Source: a virus (lineage: Duplodnaviria; Caudoviricetes). Taken from it: a stretch of DNA of 30,845 bases. The notes beneath the pieces were generated by a model, which was given only the letters and a program-made list of their open reading frames with translations, made no database searches and was not told the origin of the DNA. The stretch covers positions 1-30,845 of IMG/VR virus record IMGVR_UViG_3300030095_000697; one strand, 5' to 3'. Position 1 is the first letter of the stretch. Every line of letters starts with the position of its first letter. The position numbers were made by a program, and so were the translations under genes. Positions 28,401-30,845 of the stretch are shown piece after piece.

Positions 28401-30845
28401 AGTGAATGCAATTCCAGAAAGACTAACTTCATCACCTTGAATTAAACCATGTGGTTTAAATGTCTTAATTTCAGTTATGCCTGTTATTGAACTGTATCCT
28501 ACATTTACTATACTTCTTGGTTTATAGAATACTTGAGTATTAGTAACTGCAACTCCTGTTACATGTCCATCAGATACTGAAGCAGTACCAATTGGAGTCA
28601 TACTAATATCAGTAAGACTTTCTTGCTGTATTGAAACATTTACAGTTTGAATACCAGACCTATAACCAGAACCAGTATTACCAATACTAATAGAAGTAAT
28701 TGTTCCAGATACACCTACTATAGCAGTTCCTCCAGCAGCAACTAATGGTTGATACCCTAAACCTTCCTCTGAACCAACTGAGACGATTACACCACCCAAT
28801 GGACGCTTAGAAGCATTAGCATCTCTGTCTAAAGTAGATACATCAACTGGGTCTCCAGTAAATGTGATAGTTGTAATACCTGATGCTTCAGAAAGTTCGT
28901 AATTATAAGCAGCACCTGGTCCTTGGAATACATCATTAACTAAAATTACTCCATTTTCTGTAGCAATTCCTGATACATTCTGTCCTTTTGATTTTAAGGT
29001 AAAGTCTTTATTAATACCATTAAATCCAGCAGAAATATCATCAAAAATATAATTCTTGTAATAAGTTTCGTTCGTTGTATTAGGTACTCCACGACGTAAG
29101 AATGTTCTTCCTTGGAAAGTAGAACTAGTTGAGATTCCTACCCAATCTCTAGAATCAGGTGGATTTAATGGAGAACTTTCTGGAATATTTCCAAAAGGAG
29201 GTTCAGCAAAGTTAAGTGTATTCTCAACAATATTATAATTACCATTTACTCTAGTAACTATAGTTCCTGTACCATATCCAGCAAGTTTAGTTCCTAACCA
29301 TCCTCTTCTTACTCTTACAACATTAGTACTACCAATACCAACACCTTCAATCTTCATTATCTCATCTTCAACCTGTACCAAATCACTTCCAAAGAATGAT
29401 GTAATACCACTAAATGGAATTAAGTCGTCAGTAGTAAATATTTGATCTGCAAGAACAGTAGTCTGTGCAGTAGATACAATTGGAGATTGGAAAATATTAT
29501 CTAAAGCAAGAAGCACTTTTGGATTTTGATTAGTAGAAGTAAATCTATGAGAAGTACCAATACCAACACTAGTAATATCAAGAACTTCAGGAACTACTTT
29601 AAGTGCATTTGCAGCAGTGGATGCCAATTTAATTTTATCAGCATCAATCTTAACTGCATATACATCAGGTGGTACTAAAGTAGTAGAGAATCCCAATTCA
29701 GGGAAATTAGTATTAGCAATCTCTAATGCTTGAGTAGAACCTATTCCAGCATGAGTATACTTAAGTTTTTCACCACTAACGAAGAAGTGATTAGGAACTC
29801 TAATAGTATTTGCATCAATACTAACAATAGAACTATTATCACCTACGAAACTTCTATCAAAAATATCATAGTTATTATGAGTTAAGTTGAATGCTCTCTT
29901 AATATCTCTATCAGTACCAGTATAATCACCAAAGTATGCTGATACAGAACCTGCCTCATTAAGAGCCATATTGGTCTTAGCATCATCCTGTATTCTTAAT
30001 GCATTTGAATAGATGTTGACTGATGCAGCAATATTAGGTAATGGTGTAAATACAATTTCAACATTAGTAGTTGCACCTGCATTAACATTCAATCTAGACC
30101 CAATAGTACCCAATCCAACAACTGTTTCAAGATTACCATATTCAGTATCATAAGTGTCACCTGAAGCAGTTTCTTCAATATAATCATCAACCACAACAAA
30201 TTCAGACATTTGATATCTATTATTTGTTGTATCAGTAACTTGAACTATACAATATGCAGCATCATATGCTTGGTCATTTGCTCCGACTTGAGATGGGAAA
30301 GAAGCAATTACTGTAGGTGTTGGATTTGCATTAGAGGCAATTGAAGTAGTTTTTGCTTCTAATCTTGCATGTTTCAAATCAGCAGTTCCTATACCAGTTG
30401 CAGCTGCTGCCATAGCAACATTTACTGTATTAACCACTGCAGTTGTTCCTATTCCTGCATTTGGATGGAAATCAACCTTTACATTACCACCATCAATATA
30501 AGCACTATAAGTTCCAAAACCAGAATTTGCCCAAGGAGTTAATGTTGTAGTTAATTGTCCAAATTCCATTAATTCTACATCAGTTCCATCATGAATAATA
30601 TTCAATTCTTCAAATTCAAATTCATTACTCTGAAGACCTGTATCTGCTGTAATATTAACAAGTGTTTTAATAGAACGATATGTAGTTGCTAGACTTACAA
30701 TAGTAGTTGGAGTATTAGCTGCTACTTGAACACTTTGAGAATCAAGGGTTACAACTCCACCAAAACTTGTAGCACCAACAGATAAGAAGTTGTCATTTAA
30801 ATTATATGAAAGAGCCATGACCCAATAGTCATTGACTGCAGACTT
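25482..30845 (-). CDS. Giant virion structural protein at the gp7 (baseplate wedge initiator) position; 5' end outside the window
   Basis: The frame stays open to the window edge (KSAVNDYWV-MALSY), so ATG 30818 is probably internal. It is Gly/Thr/Ser-rich, with FDG...F...L.VFVND.LQ.PG..Y......ITFTEAP repeats, and lies directly upstream of g8. Confidence 0.75.
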   Translation of the reverse strand, partial: KSAVNDYWVMALSYNLNDNFLSVGATSFGGVVTLDSQSVQVAANTPTTIVSLATTYRSIKTLVNITADTGLQSNEFEFEELNIIHDGTDVELMEFGQLTTTLTPWANSGFGTYSAYIDGGNVKVDFHPNAGIGTTAVVNTVNVAMAAAATGIGTADLKHARLEAKTTSIASNANPTPTVIASFPSQVGANDQAYDAAYCIVQVTDTTNNRYQMSEFVVVDDYIEETASGDTYDTEYGNLETVVGLGTIGSRLNVNAGATTNVEIVFTPLPNIAASVNIYSNALRIQDDAKTNMALNEAGSVSAYFGDYTGTDRDIKRAFNLTHNNYDIFDRSFVGDNSSIVSIDANTIRVPNHFFVSGEKLKYTHAGIGSTQALEIANTNFPELGFSTTLVPPDVYAVKIDADKIKLASTAANALKVVPEVLDITSVGIGTSHRFTSTNQNPKVLLALDNIFQSPIVSTAQTTVLADQIFTTDDLIPFSGITSFFGSDLVQVEDEIMKIEGVGIGSTNVVRVRRGWLGTKLAGYGTGTIVTRVNGNYNIVENTLNFAEPPFGNIPESSPLNPPDSRDWVGISTSSTFQGRTFLRRGVPNTTNETYYKNYIFDDISAGFNGINKDFTLKSKGQNVSGIATENGVILVNDVFQGPGAAYNYELSEASGITTITFTGDPVDVSTLDRDANASKRPLGGVIVSVGSEEGLGYQPLVAAGGTAIVGVSGTITSISIGNTGSGYRSGIQTVNVSIQQESLTDISMTPIGTASVSDGHVTGVAVTNTQVFYKPRSIVNVGYSSITGITEIKTFKPHGLIQGDEVSLSGIAFTCTYSGPKSIAGFAYSAATGIATVTTSGNHGYVTGKDIIFTGIAFTCGLDNGATDHFYPRGEDYAYKNSVAIAATTSNSITLDVGVSGKNDQYTHAFVSATTGAVKSGGDYRHIFASSTPNSISIANTTKTLTPTDAAYNAAAGLVTFTAANHGLFTTDTVGVSTNALEFRCAMDDYSSLHSYPRITDPIHNTMVAVAATTANTFTIDVGTSPLVSHNVSGATYDAASGVMVLTIGAHTLKTGTSIKLDTESLAFTCSKDSNATTHKYPRKPDPYYAGTKVTQVNSATEFVVNVGISTVETFYKNGGKVQGVIVAPRPTDAAAGRTTVLSIIDNNTFSVNTGVSSRTHFYARSGKVQKPLDVVFDLPLSYADMPLVYANGQSGFGTAARVDVQVGQGSSVIDFEIRNTGYGYGTGDILTVPIGGATGIPTTSGFQEFKLTVTEEFTDEFTGWSIGTLDMLDNFDNKFDGSTQAFRIRKGGTLVSIRSSAGSNINVEDALLVFVNDILQVPGQGYTFSGGSVITFTEAPKMGDKSKILFYKGTGGLDVVFRDILETIKTGDKVTVGYDASVGQESSLQEDPRIVTSIDATDLITTNPYFGPGNTTNETLMRPVVWCKQTEDLIVDGKEIGKDRTLYEPSIYPYGYLIKSVGIGSTSVWVDNLRPLFDAENENDTELTFQNSIRFISQDTVISAAATAVVSGLGTISSITLSTGGVGYSATPTVSIASTIGITTNTMAMAEATLTNGVVTGIAVTNPGVGYTSTNPPLVLITPTIAVDEKNAVSNYSGDSGVIVGFGITTVASQDQLIFDLFIPYDSYLREPALVGTAQTLSTLTGHDRFVVYDSSVGAAVTSITSQDSAGSNTVGIGKSYVDNVYEVKSVETIPKNIVGIATNVTRVFVNVSSPITYGSGVSTSNYFGSFSWGRIKLDGRQLENAYTAQTLNGIGIGGTTTPTGIHTSTLVERTAPLKYKNYTV

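Noticed and set aside
30816-30818. ATG as true start of the giant protein
   Set aside because: The frame is open to the window edge, so the gene probably begins upstream.
8164-30845. Diversity-generating retroelement or invertible fibre cassette
   Set aside because: No reverse transcriptase or recombinase, and no near-identical nucleotide repeat pair noticed by eye; a self-BLAST would be needed to exclude this fully.
1-30845. tRNA or structured ncRNA genes
   Set aside because: Intergenic gaps are all under about 100 nt and no cloverleaf or T-loop motif was seen.

Overview
This is an AT-rich, densely coded window from a T4-like marine cyanomyovirus (P-SSM2-like by gene content; the host call is an inference). 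All credible genes lie on the minus strand. In transcription order (right to left) they are: a giant gp7-position baseplate/structural protein (5'-truncated by the window), gp8, a 2486-aa VrlC/DUF4815-like protein, two small structural ORFs, gp13, gp14, gp15, gp16, an accessory island, gp17, gp18, gp19 and gp20 (3'-truncated). The g16-g17 island holds a 1279-aa coiled-coil/fibre/beta-helix protein with small partner ORFs and a Gly/Asn-tailed protein with a capsid-targeting-like N-terminus. It also holds a translationally coupled host-like cassette (DUF2997, DUF1257/Ycf35, two micro-ORFs missed by the ORF track, and a divergent PurS) and a DUF192 fusion. Nine (A/C)TAAATA late-promoter motifs sit 20-32 nt upstream of start codons. 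The main leads are the cassette with its dual promoter, a pervasive G-[IVL]-[GAST]-[TS] motif in virion proteins, nested domain repeats and modules shared between structural genes. All family assignments come from motif recognition and gene order, not database searches.
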